A DNA stretch of 17,266 bases from an uncultured Anaerolineaceae bacterium (GCA_964462905.1 CAYWZS010000090.1:1-17266); one strand, 5' to 3'; shown: positions 1 to 7,880, counted from the first letter of the stretch. Notes: generated by a model not told the origin, from the sequence alone. Numbers and translations: made by a program.

Positions 1-897
1 ATCGTAAACGCCGAGGGTGACGCCTCCACACAGATCACCCAGGCCGAGCAGGCCATCACCAACGGCGCACAGGTCATCCTTATGGTAAACTTGGACAGCG
101 GCTCTGGCGCGGCCATTATCGACCTCGCCCGTAGCAGCGACGTTGCCATCATCGACTACGACCGCCTGACGATTGAAGGTCCCGGTGCAGACTTCTACGT
201 CAGCTTCAACAACGAGGCGGTAGGCCGTTTGCAGGGCGCTGGCCTCGTCAACGCAGTGGCCCAACAGGGCATCATAGGCCCGAACGTCGCTGTGCTCAAC
301 GGCTCCCCGACGGACAACAACGCCACACTGTTCAAGAACGGCTACGACAGCTTCATCAACCCCTTCTTTGAGACAGGGGCCTGGACCGAGGTCGATGACC
401 AGTCCGTACCGCAATGGGATAACCAGGAGGCTCTGGTGATCTTCGAGCAGATTCAGACGGCGGCTGGCGGCTGTGACGGCGTCAACGCGGCCATCGCTGC
501 CAACGATGGGCTGGCTGGTGCGGTTATCGCTGCCCGTGAGAACGCAGGTTGCGACTACATCCCGGTAACGGGCCAAGACGCCACGGTTGCTGGCCTCCAG
601 AACATCCTGGCCGGCAAGCAGTCCATGACGGTCTACAAGGCCATCCGCGCACAAGCCGGGGCCGCCGCTGAACTGGCGATTGCGCTTGTCAACGGCGAGG
701 ACACCGCCGGGCTAGTCAACGGTGAGACAGACAACGGCACCAACAGTATCCCGAGCGTGCTGCTGACGCCGGTCCAGGTAACGGCGGACAACATTGCGTC
801 CACCGTGATTGCCGACGGCTTCCGCACCGTTGATGAGATCTGCACCGACGACATCGTCGAGTTCTGCGAGGCTGCCGGCCTGATGGGCGGCATGTAA
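1..897 (+). CDS. xylF: Periplasmic D-xylose-type sugar-binding protein of a CUT2 ABC transporter (5' end cut by window edge)
   Basis: Frame 1 is open from nt 1 (IVNAEGDASTQITQAEQAITNGAQVILMVNLDSG...) to TAA at 895-897. The translation carries PBP1/XylF hallmarks (...IIDYDRL...DFYVSFNNEAVGRLQGAGLV...) paralleling E. coli XylF (AYDR...DFYISFDNEKVGELQAKALV). It sits directly upstream of the ATPase and permease of the same family. Confidence 0.8.
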   Translation: MVNAEGDASTQITQAEQAITNGAQVILMVNLDSGSGAAIIDLARSSDVAIIDYDRLTIEGPGADFYVSFNNEAVGRLQGAGLVNAVAQQGIIGPNVAVLNGSPTDNNATLFKNGYDSFINPFFETGAWTEVDDQSVPQWDNQEALVIFEQIQTAAGGCDGVNAAIAANDGLAGAVIAARENAGCDYIPVTGQDATVAGLQNILAGKQSMTVYKAIRAQAGAAAELAIALVNGEDTAGLVNGETDNGTNSIPSVLLTPVQVTADNIASTVIADGFRTVDEICTDDIVEFCEAAGLMGGM

Positions 898-906
898 GAC
901 TCGGAC

Positions 907-973
907 TTCCCGGCCCACCGGGAACCCGTGACACCGAACAAGCCAGGGACCTCGTCCCTTGGCTTGTTTTGTT
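907..973 (+). terminator. Candidate intrinsic terminator/attenuator after xylF: two tandem hairpins, the second followed by GUUUUGUU
   Basis: Hairpin 1 is TTCCCGG(907-913)/CCGGGAA(918-924) with a 4-nt loop. Hairpin 2 is AAGCCAGGGAC(940-950)/GTCCC-T-TGGCTT(954-965), about 11 bp with a 1-nt bulge, followed by gttttgtt (966-973). It lies between the binding-protein gene and the ATPase gene, where attenuation is common. Confidence 0.45.
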
Positions 974-1083
974 ATAGGGGAAAACTGGACTGACCCCCTA
1001 CCACGGGGAGAAGGATTTAGAGTGAGGGCTTCGGTCGCCCCCCTTTCATTTAATCAACCAGCTTAATTTGAGGAAGCACAGTT

Positions 1084-1860
1084 TTGACAGCACCCATTCT
1101 TGAACTCAAGGGCGTGTCCAAGCGATTTGGCGCGGTGCAGGCCCTCTATAACGTGAACTTTGACGTGCGCCCCGGCGAGGTTATGGCACTAGTGGGGGAC
1201 AACGGCGCGGGCAAGTCCACCATGATTAAGGGCATCGCCGGGATTTATACCTACGACAGCGGTGATGTGTTCTTCGGGGGCAAAAAGGTCAACATCCATA
1301 GCCCGCGTGACGCCGCCCACCTCGGCATCGAGATCGTCTACCAGGATTTGGCGCTGGCGGATAACCTGGACGTGGTGGCGAACATGTTCCTAGGCCGCGA
1401 GGTCCGTAAAACCTTCGGGCGGCTGGACGAGGTCGAGATGGAGCGCAAGACGATCGAGACGCTGGAGAGCCTGTCCGTTAGCACCTTGCAGAACGTCCGC
1501 CAACCCGTCGCGGCCCTGTCTGGTGGGCAGCGGCAGGCGATTGCTGTGGCGAAGGCCGTCATGTGGAACAGCAAAGTGGTGATCCTGGACGAGCCAACGG
1601 CGGCGCTCGGTGTCGCGCAGACACGCCAAGTGCTCGAACTCGTCAAGCGCCTGGCCGACAAGGGGCTGGCCGTCGTCATCATCAGCCACAACCTGCACGA
1701 CGTGTTCGAGGTGACAGACCGCATCTCCGTGTTGCGCCTGGGCCAGATGGTCGCCGTGTACGAGACATACAAGACAACGCAGAAAGAGGTGGTCGAGGCG
1801 ATCACGGCTGGCGAGCTAGAAACCGTGCCGGGAATGCAAGAACAGGAGGTCACGGCATGA
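1084..1860 (+). CDS. Sugar ABC transporter ATP-binding protein, single-NBD (half-size) XylG-like
   Basis: TTG start at 1084 with GAGGAAG (1070-1076) 7 nt upstream. It is the first possible start after an in-frame TGA at 1069. Walker A is GDNGAGKST, Q-loop VYQD, ABC signature LSGGQRQ, Walker B VVILDEPTAALG, H-loop ISHNL. At 258 aa it has only one nucleotide-binding domain. The stop overlaps the next gene as ATGA. Confidence 0.85.
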   Translation: MTAPILELKGVSKRFGAVQALYNVNFDVRPGEVMALVGDNGAGKSTMIKGIAGIYTYDSGDVFFGGKKVNIHSPRDAAHLGIEIVYQDLALADNLDVVANMFLGREVRKTFGRLDEVEMERKTIETLESLSVSTLQNVRQPVAALSGGQRQAIAVAKAVMWNSKVVILDEPTAALGVAQTRQVLELVKRLADKGLAVVIISHNLHDVFEVTDRISVLRLGQMVAVYETYKTTQKEVVEAITAGELETVPGMQEQEVTA

Positions 1861-3182
1861 GCAGCGAATCCATGCCAATGGGCGACGACAAGCCCAAAAT
1901 CGAGAGCAACTTGAAGCGACAGCAGACCTTTGGCGACTACCTCAACGGCTATGTGGAGCGCGTGCGGGCGGGCGACCTCGGCATCCTGCCGATTGTGTTC
2001 GGCCTTGTGCTGATTGCGCTTTTCTTCCAATGGCGCAACAGCAACTTCCTGACGCCGGGCAACCTGTCCACGCTGATCGTCCAAATGGCACACATCGCGA
2101 TCATCGGCTACGGGGTGGTGTTCATCCTGTTGATCGGCGAGATCGACCTATCCGTAAGCTACATCAGCGCGGTGGCCGGGGCTGTCATGGTGATTACCAT
2201 GTTGGAGGACCGAGGGCTGCCGATCCTGTGGGGGATGGGTGAGGAAGGAGGGCTGGTTGTCACGCAAACGCTCGTGCTGGACTGGTGGGCGGCGATTCCG
2301 CTGGCGCTGGTTGTGGCGGCGCTGATTGGCCTGCTTCAAGGGGCGATCATCAACTTCCTATCGGTCCCGGCCTTTATCGTGACGCTGGCGGGCTTTCTGG
2401 TGTGGAGTGGGGTCGTGTTGCTGTTGCTCGGTCGCGGCGGCACCCTCCGCATGAGCGACCCCGTGATTAACGGCATCGCCAACACCTACCTGCCGGACTG
2501 GGCGGGATGGGTGTTGGCGGCCCTGGTCGTTGGGAGTTACCTATACCTCGCCGTCTCCAACCACCTTTACCGCAAGCGCCAGGAACTCCCCGCGAAGCCC
2601 TACTCGGTCATCGCTTTCGAGACAGGCTTTGTGGCCGTGCTCACGGTGGTGGCGGTGCTGGTCCTCAACGCCGCCGACACGTCTAACCAAGACCGAGGGG
2701 TGCCGCTGGTCGGTGTGTTCCTGCTGTTGTTCTTGGCTGTACTCACATTCGTTGCCGAGCGCACGACCTTTGGCCGCTACATCTACGCGACCGGGGGCAA
2801 CCAGGAGGCAGCCCGCCGCGCTGGGATTGACACGCTGCGAATTCGCACGGCGGCCTTCGTCATCTCCGGGCTGATGGCGGGCTTCGGCGGGATTGTGCTG
2901 GTGTCGCGCCTACGGTCCATCAGTACCAGCGCGGGCGGCGGTGACCTGCTGCTGAACGCGATTGCCGCAGCGGTCATCGGCGGGACGAGCCTGTTCGGTG
3001 GGCGCGGCAAAGTGCAGAGTGCGCTGTTTGGCGCGTTGGTGATCGGCTCATTGGCGAACGGCATGGGCCTGCTCGGTTGGAGCGCGGGCGTGCAGGCCGT
3101 CGTAACAGGTATCGTGCTGGTGATCGCGGTCTTGCTGGACTCGCTCTCGCGGCGGGCACAGAAACGCGCTGGCCTGGCGTAA
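1857..3182 (+). CDS. Sugar ABC transporter permease, XylH-like
   Basis: ATG 1857 overlaps the ATPase stop (ATGA). The ORF-track extension 1563-1856 is an overlap artefact in the same frame. The translation matches XylH-family motifs (FIVTLAGFLVWSG..., TTFGRYIYATGGNQEAARRAGIDT vs E. coli XylH [24 protein letters not shown]) and shows multiple TM segments. Confidence 0.85.
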   Translation: MSSESMPMGDDKPKIESNLKRQQTFGDYLNGYVERVRAGDLGILPIVFGLVLIALFFQWRNSNFLTPGNLSTLIVQMAHIAIIGYGVVFILLIGEIDLSVSYISAVAGAVMVITMLEDRGLPILWGMGEEGGLVVTQTLVLDWWAAIPLALVVAALIGLLQGAIINFLSVPAFIVTLAGFLVWSGVVLLLLGRGGTLRMSDPVINGIANTYLPDWAGWVLAALVVGSYLYLAVSNHLYRKRQELPAKPYSVIAFETGFVAVLTVVAVLVLNAADTSNQDRGVPLVGVFLLLFLAVLTFVAERTTFGRYIYATGGNQEAARRAGIDTLRIRTAAFVISGLMAGFGGIVLVSRLRSISTSAGGGDLLLNAIAAAVIGGTSLFGGRGKVQSALFGALVIGSLANGMGLLGWSAGVQAVVTGIVLVIAVLLDSLSRRAQKRAGLA

Positions 3183-3252
3183 GCGCCTGCTCATCCCCTC
3201 TTTGCTCACAGGGAGGGGGGTCTGTCACGAGCGCTGCGCGTGCCGTCGGGGG

Positions 3253-3879
3253 CTAGTTCCCCGCCCCGGCGACTGCCCCCGACGTGGTGTTTTTCGGGTT
3301 CTCGCCCCGTTTGCGCTGCCGCCGCTTACGCCACTCGCCGATGAAGTAACCCACCAACAGCAGGTCCACGCCAATCGAGAAGATCGAGAACGGGATACCG
3401 TAGTGGTCCGGGTCCCAGTAACTCACCGGGCTGGTGAAGCGCAGGTCCCAGTTGAAGGGGAACAACAGCAACGGCCCGTCATCGTGGTGCGTGGGAATAT
3501 CCAACGCACTGTGAAGCGCGTTCCCCACCGCGAACCAGAACAGCCACTTGCCCCAAGTACGCCCCTGCCGAAAGCCGAAAAACCAGCCGATTCCCATCCA
3601 CAGGGCGACCAACAACGGCGCATGAAACAGGTGGTGGGCGGTGATCCAGGTTGGGTCGAAGTAGAACATATCGTAAAAGGCAACGTCAGCGGCCTCTGCT
3701 GACGAGAGCGCCCCACCGCCCCAGGTGTGCCACGCAATGTAGCCGACCGAGAGCAAGGTGAGGGGGATGTCTGGCATGAACGAGCCGACAACCAGTGCGG
3801 TGTACATCGGGCGGACACCGCGCTTTTCCAGTTGTTTGCCGAACGCAGCGTTGATGAGCATGTGTGAGGGCGTATTCAT
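3253..3879 (-). CDS. Membrane-bound metal-dependent hydrolase-like protein, YdjM/DUF457 family
   Basis: 208-aa hydrophobic protein with spaced His/Asp motifs (FMPDIP, HHLFHAPLL, NALHSALDIPTHHDD). These resemble E. coli YdjM motifs (LPDIDHP, HRGFTHSLL, SHILADMLT). ATG at 3879-3877. GGAG 13-17 nt upstream on the minus strand. Confidence 0.6.
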   Translation of the reverse strand: MNTPSHMLINAAFGKQLEKRGVRPMYTALVVGSFMPDIPLTLLSVGYIAWHTWGGGALSSAEAADVAFYDMFYFDPTWITAHHLFHAPLLVALWMGIGWFFGFRQGRTWGKWLFWFAVGNALHSALDIPTHHDDGPLLLFPFNWDLRFTSPVSYWDPDHYGIPFSIFSIGVDLLLVGYFIGEWRKRRQRKRGENPKNTTSGAVAGAGN

Positions 3880-3914
3880 GAGGGTGATTTTCGCTCCAAT
3901 TCCATCCGTGACCC

Positions 3915-3944
3915 AGTATATGCCTATTCGCTAACTGTAGTCGA
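3915..3944 (-). promoter_or_regulatory. Candidate sigma70-type promoter for the YdjM-like gene (TCGACT-N18-TATACT on the minus strand)
   Basis: On the minus strand, TCGACT (+ coordinates 3939-3944), an 18-nt spacer, then TATACT (3915-3920). This sits about 35 nt upstream of the ATG. The -35 match is weak. Confidence 0.3.
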
Positions 3945-3945
3945 T

Positions 3946-3963
3946 AGCGTTACACGTAACGCT
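3946..3963. promoter_or_regulatory. Perfect 8-2-8 palindrome AGCGTTAC-AC-GTAACGCT, candidate transcription-factor operator in the YdjM-like/mutS2 divergent region
   Basis: Read directly from the sequence: the arms AGCGTTAC and GTAACGCT are exact reverse complements separated by AC. It abuts the predicted -35 of the minus-strand promoter. Confidence 0.5.
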
Positions 3964-4053
3964 CATACAAGGCGCTGGCTGAACTAGCAAACATGCAGTA
4001 GCCCACTCGCTGCACTTTTCGACGATGAACCTTAACGGAATGCTGATAGAAAA

Positions 4054-4082
4054 CTGAACCCTTCTGAACTATATTGGTTCAG
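4054..4082 (+). promoter_or_regulatory. Candidate mutS2 promoter/operator: CTGAAC(4054-4059), CTGAAC(4064-4069), TATATT -10 (4070-4075), GTTCAG(4077-4082)
   Basis: Two direct CTGAAC copies and one inverted copy. The inverted pair CTGAAC-N7-GTTCAG brackets a TATATT -10-like hexamer 36 nt upstream of the mutS2 ATG. No good -35 is present. Confidence 0.35.
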
Positions 4083-4110
4083 TTTGAAACAATTAGGAAC
4101 GACACCGTCT

Positions 4111-6528
4111 ATGATTAGCGAGAAAACCCTGGAGACGCTCGAACTCCCCAAAATTCTCGAGCGACTGTCCCGCCATGCCTCATTCTCTGGCGGCAAGACA
4201 CTGGCGCTAGACCTACAACCCACCGATGACCTTGAGGAGGCCCGCGTCTGGCAGGCAGAGGTCACAGAGGCCCGTGAACTGCTAGAGAAATCCGAGGCGC
4301 GGCTGAACTTCGGCGGTGTGCGTGATGTGCGCGACGTGGCGATCAAGGCGACACGCGGCGCGATGATCGAGGCGAACGTGCTGCTTGATATTCGCATGAC
4401 ACTTCGCCGTGCGGAGACGATGCAACGCACGCTAGGCCGCATGAGCCACCAGTACCCCAACATCGCCGAGATCGTGAGCGAGATTGAGCCATGTGCAGAC
4501 CTGCAATCCTCGATTGACAGCGCGATTGACGACAACGGTGAGGTCCGCGATAGCGCCAGCCCCAAGCTCGCCATCATCCGCCGCGACCTGAAAACCACCT
4601 TTGACCACCTCCAGACCAAGCTCAACCGCATGATTAGCAGCCCACAATATGCGAAATTCTTGCAGGAGTCCCTCATCACCACGCGCAACGGGCGCTATGT
4701 GATCCCGGTCAAGGTGGACTTCAAGGGGCGTGTGCGCGGCATCATCCACGATATGTCATCTTCTGGGCAGACGATCTTCGTGGAGCCGGAAGGCACGGTG
4801 GACCTCAACAATGATTACCGCGAACTTCAGCTTCAAGAGGAGAAGGAGATTCGCCGTATCCTCATGGCGCTCACGGATGAGGTCGCCGAGGTCAGCGAGG
4901 ACGTTGTGCGGACGGTCGATGTACTGTCTTATCTGGACCTCGTAAAAGCCAAAGCGGTCTACGCCGATGAGATCAACGCAATTCAGCCAATTTTGCAGCC
5001 CTTCCGCGCCCGTGACGACGCCCCACAACACCCCGGCAGCATGATTGAGATTGAACAGGCGCGGCACCCGCTGATTCCCGGTAAGGTGGTGCCGATTGAC
5101 GTGGACTTCGGCGAGGGGACGTGGGCGCTCGTCATCACCGGGCCGAACACGGGCGGTAAAACGGTTGCGCTCAAGACGGTTGGCCTGATCGCGCTCATGG
5201 CCCAAAGCGGGATGCACGTCCCCGCAGTTGAGGCCAAGCTGACGGTTTTCGAGGGCATTTTCGCGGACATCGGCGACGAACAGAGCATCGAACAGTCCTT
5301 GAGTACCTTTAGCGCCCACATGACCAACACCATTCGCATCTTAGACCGCTGCGATGACCGGTCGCTGGTGTTGTTGGACGAGGTCGGCGCGGGGACTGAC
5401 CCCGGCGAGGGGTCCGCTTTGGCACGGGCCATCATGAACACACTCGTGAGCCGTCGCGTCACGACGATGGTCACGACGCATCACCCAGAACTCAAGAACT
5501 ACGCGGTCGAGACGGACGGGGTGCGTAACGGTAGTGTGGAGTTCGACCTGGAAACGCTGGCCCCCACCTATCGTCTGATTGTCGGGCTACCGGGGCGCTC
5601 CAACGCGCTCGCAATTGCTGGGCGGCTGGGGCTAAACGATGCCATCATCAACGACGCAAAAAGCATGGTTGCCAGCGCCGAGCTAGACGCAGATAAGCTG
5701 CTAGATGAGATCCACCGCTCCCGTGAGGAGATTCGACGGCGTGAGGAACAGATCAACGCGATGGCGACGGATATCGAGACGGAACGCGCCGAACTCCGTG
5801 AGCGCCTGAGCAAGATTGAGGACGAACGGCGCGACGTGTTGATCCAGGCACAGCGCAAGGCCGAAAACGATGTCGAGGACATCCGCAAAGAAATCAAGCG
5901 CCTGATGAAGGAGGTCCGGGCGGCCTCGTTGCCGTTAGAGAGCCTACGCGCCGTCCAGGAAACGGCAGACCGATTGGTGCAGGTGGCCCGCCAGCCGATT
6001 GAGGGTATGGAGGAGATCGAGATTCCGGCAGCAGACAGCCCTGGCTGGCAACCGCGCCTGGGTGATCAGGTGTGGCTGGAGACGTTGAAGGCCGAGGGCA
6101 AGATCATCGAACTGGAGAAGAACGAGGCACTGGTGCAGGTTGGCACGCTCAAGATTCGCGCCAAGATTGACGATATGCGCCGCCCGAACAAGGCCGATAA
6201 GCAGATCGCCGCCCGCGAACTCTCGCGTCGTCGCCAACGACAGGAGTATAAAGACCCGGTGCCGGATGTGGCCTCGCCGGGGCTGGAACTGGACCTGCGT
6301 GGTAAGCGCGTGGAGGAGGCGCTGCGTTCACTGGACGACTACGTGAACGCTGCCTATCTGTCCGGGCTACCGTTTGGGCGCATCATCCACGGTAAGGGGA
6401 CGGGCGCACTCCGCAAGGCCGTCCGCGAGATGGTGGAGGGCCACGCGCTCATCTCCAAGGTGACGGCGGCGGCACCCAAAGAGGGCGGCGAGGGCGTCAC
6501 GGTGATCCACTTGGCCGAGGCGCGGTAG
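4111..6528 (+). CDS. mutS2: Endonuclease MutS2 (MutS domains plus C-terminal Smr domain)
   Basis: N-terminus MISEKTLETLELPKILERL is typical of MutS2. Walker A is GPNTGGKT. There is a long coiled-coil linker and a C-terminal Smr domain (LDLRGKRVEEAL...IIHGKGTGALRKAVREML). ATG 4111 with AGGAA 11 nt upstream is preferred over TTG 4084, which has no RBS. Confidence 0.9.
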   Translation: MISEKTLETLELPKILERLSRHASFSGGKTLALDLQPTDDLEEARVWQAEVTEARELLEKSEARLNFGGVRDVRDVAIKATRGAMIEANVLLDIRMTLRRAETMQRTLGRMSHQYPNIAEIVSEIEPCADLQSSIDSAIDDNGEVRDSASPKLAIIRRDLKTTFDHLQTKLNRMISSPQYAKFLQESLITTRNGRYVIPVKVDFKGRVRGIIHDMSSSGQTIFVEPEGTVDLNNDYRELQLQEEKEIRRILMALTDEVAEVSEDVVRTVDVLSYLDLVKAKAVYADEINAIQPILQPFRARDDAPQHPGSMIEIEQARHPLIPGKVVPIDVDFGEGTWALVITGPNTGGKTVALKTVGLIALMAQSGMHVPAVEAKLTVFEGIFADIGDEQSIEQSLSTFSAHMTNTIRILDRCDDRSLVLLDEVGAGTDPGEGSALARAIMNTLVSRRVTTMVTTHHPELKNYAVETDGVRNGSVEFDLETLAPTYRLIVGLPGRSNALAIAGRLGLNDAIINDAKSMVASAELDADKLLDEIHRSREEIRRREEQINAMATDIETERAELRERLSKIEDERRDVLIQAQRKAENDVEDIRKEIKRLMKEVRAASLPLESLRAVQETADRLVQVARQPIEGMEEIEIPAADSPGWQPRLGDQVWLETLKAEGKIIELEKNEALVQVGTLKIRAKIDDMRRPNKADKQIAARELSRRRQRQEYKDPVPDVASPGLELDLRGKRVEEALRSLDDYVNAAYLSGLPFGRIIHGKGTGALRKAVREMVEGHALISKVTAAAPKEGGEGVTVIHLAEAR

Positions 6529-6614
6529 CAGGCAAACCCCCATCCCCGGCCCTTCCCGAAGGTGCTGTGTCTACGTAGCCGCGTAAGCGGAGAAAGGGCG
6601 CAAAACCCTCGTCA

Positions 6615-6668
6615 GACTTCGGTTTGAAGTCCCCTCTCTGTTTACGGAAAGGGGATTTAGGGGTGAGG
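6615..6668. terminator. Convergent-gene terminator region: hairpin GACTTC-ggttt-GAAGTC (6615-6631) and a second hairpin TCCCCT..AGGGGA, then ATTTAGG
   Basis: GACTTC/GAAGTC is an exact inverted repeat with a 5-nt loop. A G/C-stem hairpin (6631-6657) follows. The region lies between the stop of mutS2 (+) and the stop of the aminotransferase (-). It lacks a strong U-tract. Confidence 0.3.
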
Positions 6669-6669
6669 T

Positions 6670-7794
6670 CTACGCCTCCACCCGCAATTCCTCCAACACC
6701 TCGCACAGCAATTGCGTCCCCTCTGCCATAACCTCGTCCTCGCTCATCGCGAAACACAGCCGCATCGTGTTATCCGGCGCTTCCCCACGGACAAACGCCC
6801 GTTGCCCCGGCGCGAAGTCCACGCCGCGAGCGTTGGCCGCCGCAAGCACTTGTGTTGCCGTCAAACCGTCCGGGAGCGTGGCCCACACGAAGTAGCCACC
6901 GTTCGGCACCACGTAGTCTAACCAGTCCGGCGCGTGTGCCTTCAGCCCGTCAATCATGATGTCGTGCTTGCGCCCATAAATGCCGCGCACGCGGTCTAGG
7001 TGCGGGTAGATGTCCCCCTGTGCGATGAACTCCCCGACAAGTTGCGACATAAACACGCTCGTCGCCGTTGTCTTGTACGGCAACAGCGCCTCGACCTGTT
7101 CCGGCGTACACCAGGTATAGCCAATCCGCAGCGATGGCATCACCAGCTTGGCGAACGATGCCGTGGTAATCACACGTCCGCTGTCGGGGTCGTAGGTGCG
7201 GAGCATAGGCGGTGGCTCCCCGTGGAAGTAAAGCGGTTGGTAGGTGGCATCTTCGAGAATCGTAAAGTCATACTCGTGGGCCAGCTCGACCAGCCGCCGC
7301 CGTTTTTCGTCGGAGTAGTTATGCCCGGTCGGGTTGTGATACGTCGGGATGGCGTAGAACATACTCACACGGTCGCCGTGTTCCTTGAGCATCGCCTCCA
7401 GCACGTCCATATCCACACCGTCGGACAGCATCGGCACGCCCTGGACCGCAACGTGGCTTAGTTCGAGCTTGTGTATGATAAAGTAGAAGGTTGGGTTTTC
7501 CACCAATACCAGATCACCGGGTTTCGTCAGGTAGCGGCAAACCTGGTCCGTGGAGCTAATCGCGCCGCCTGTAATTTGCAGGTTCTCCACGCCGACCGCC
7601 TGCCCGCTGAGGGCTGTCAGCCACGCGGCCACCTGTTCGCGGGTCCAGGTGTCGCCGCGCATATCGCCCACGTATTGCAGCGGACGGTCACGGGTGAACA
7701 GGCCCGCGCTCAGTTCGGTCAGGCGCTCGCGCGGGACGATGCTCAGGTGCGGGTAGCCGATTTTTAGGTCATAGGGATGGGTAGACGTGCTCAT
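6670..7794 (-). CDS. PLP-dependent aminotransferase, class I/II fold (substrate not assignable)
   Basis: 374 aa. The aminotransferase class-I PLP-lysine motif TASFAKLVMPSLRIGY fits the S-F-S/A-K....G.R.G pattern. Also NPTG and a DFTILEDATY region. Stop TAG at 6672-6670; ATG at 7794-7792. Confidence 0.8.
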   Translation of the reverse strand: MSTSTHPYDLKIGYPHLSIVPRERLTELSAGLFTRDRPLQYVGDMRGDTWTREQVAAWLTALSGQAVGVENLQITGGAISSTDQVCRYLTKPGDLVLVENPTFYFIIHKLELSHVAVQGVPMLSDGVDMDVLEAMLKEHGDRVSMFYAIPTYHNPTGHNYSDEKRRRLVELAHEYDFTILEDATYQPLYFHGEPPPMLRTYDPDSGRVITTASFAKLVMPSLRIGYTWCTPEQVEALLPYKTTATSVFMSQLVGEFIAQGDIYPHLDRVRGIYGRKHDIMIDGLKAHAPDWLDYVVPNGGYFVWATLPDGLTATQVLAAANARGVDFAPGQRAFVRGEAPDNTMRLCFAMSEDEVMAEGTQLLCEVLEELRVEA

Positions 7795-7880
7795 GGGGGA
7801 AACTCTCTCAGGTCAACGGGTTTGCATTTTCCATCCATGATACCCCCAACAAATAGGGGGCGCGAAAAATGGGCTTGCGC

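Noticed and set aside
1563-1856. N-terminal 98-codon extension of the permease ORF (MEQQSGDPGRANGG...)
   Set aside because: It lies entirely inside the ATPase gene in another frame and is Arg/Gly-rich. The real start is ATG 1857, overlapping the ATPase stop (ATGA).
1338-2093. Long antisense ORFs opposite real genes (e.g. 1338-2093 -, 4032-4688 -, 11001-11978 +, 15069-15755 -, 9598-10095 -, 12202-12909 +)
   Set aside because: Their translations are Arg/Gly/Pro/His-rich low-complexity strings with no recognisable domains and no RBS. They are typical shadow ORFs of GC-rich coding DNA, each fully overlapped by a gene with clear family assignment.
3195-3218. Hairpin CCCCTC..GAGGGG between the permease stop and the YdjM-like stop as a bidirectional terminator
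   Set aside because: G/C stem only, with no U-tract on either strand. Too weak to call a terminator feature.
4064-4082. LexA/Cheo box (GAAC-N4-GTTC) at the mutS2 promoter
   Set aside because: GAAC and GTTC cores are present, but the spacing is 7 nt, not 4. It cannot be called a canonical Gram-positive LexA box. Reported only as an unassigned operator candidate.
4084-4110. TTG 4084 as mutS2 start
   Set aside because: No RBS upstream, and it would sit inside the predicted operator/-10. ATG 4111 has AGGAA upstream and gives the conserved MutS2 N-terminus.
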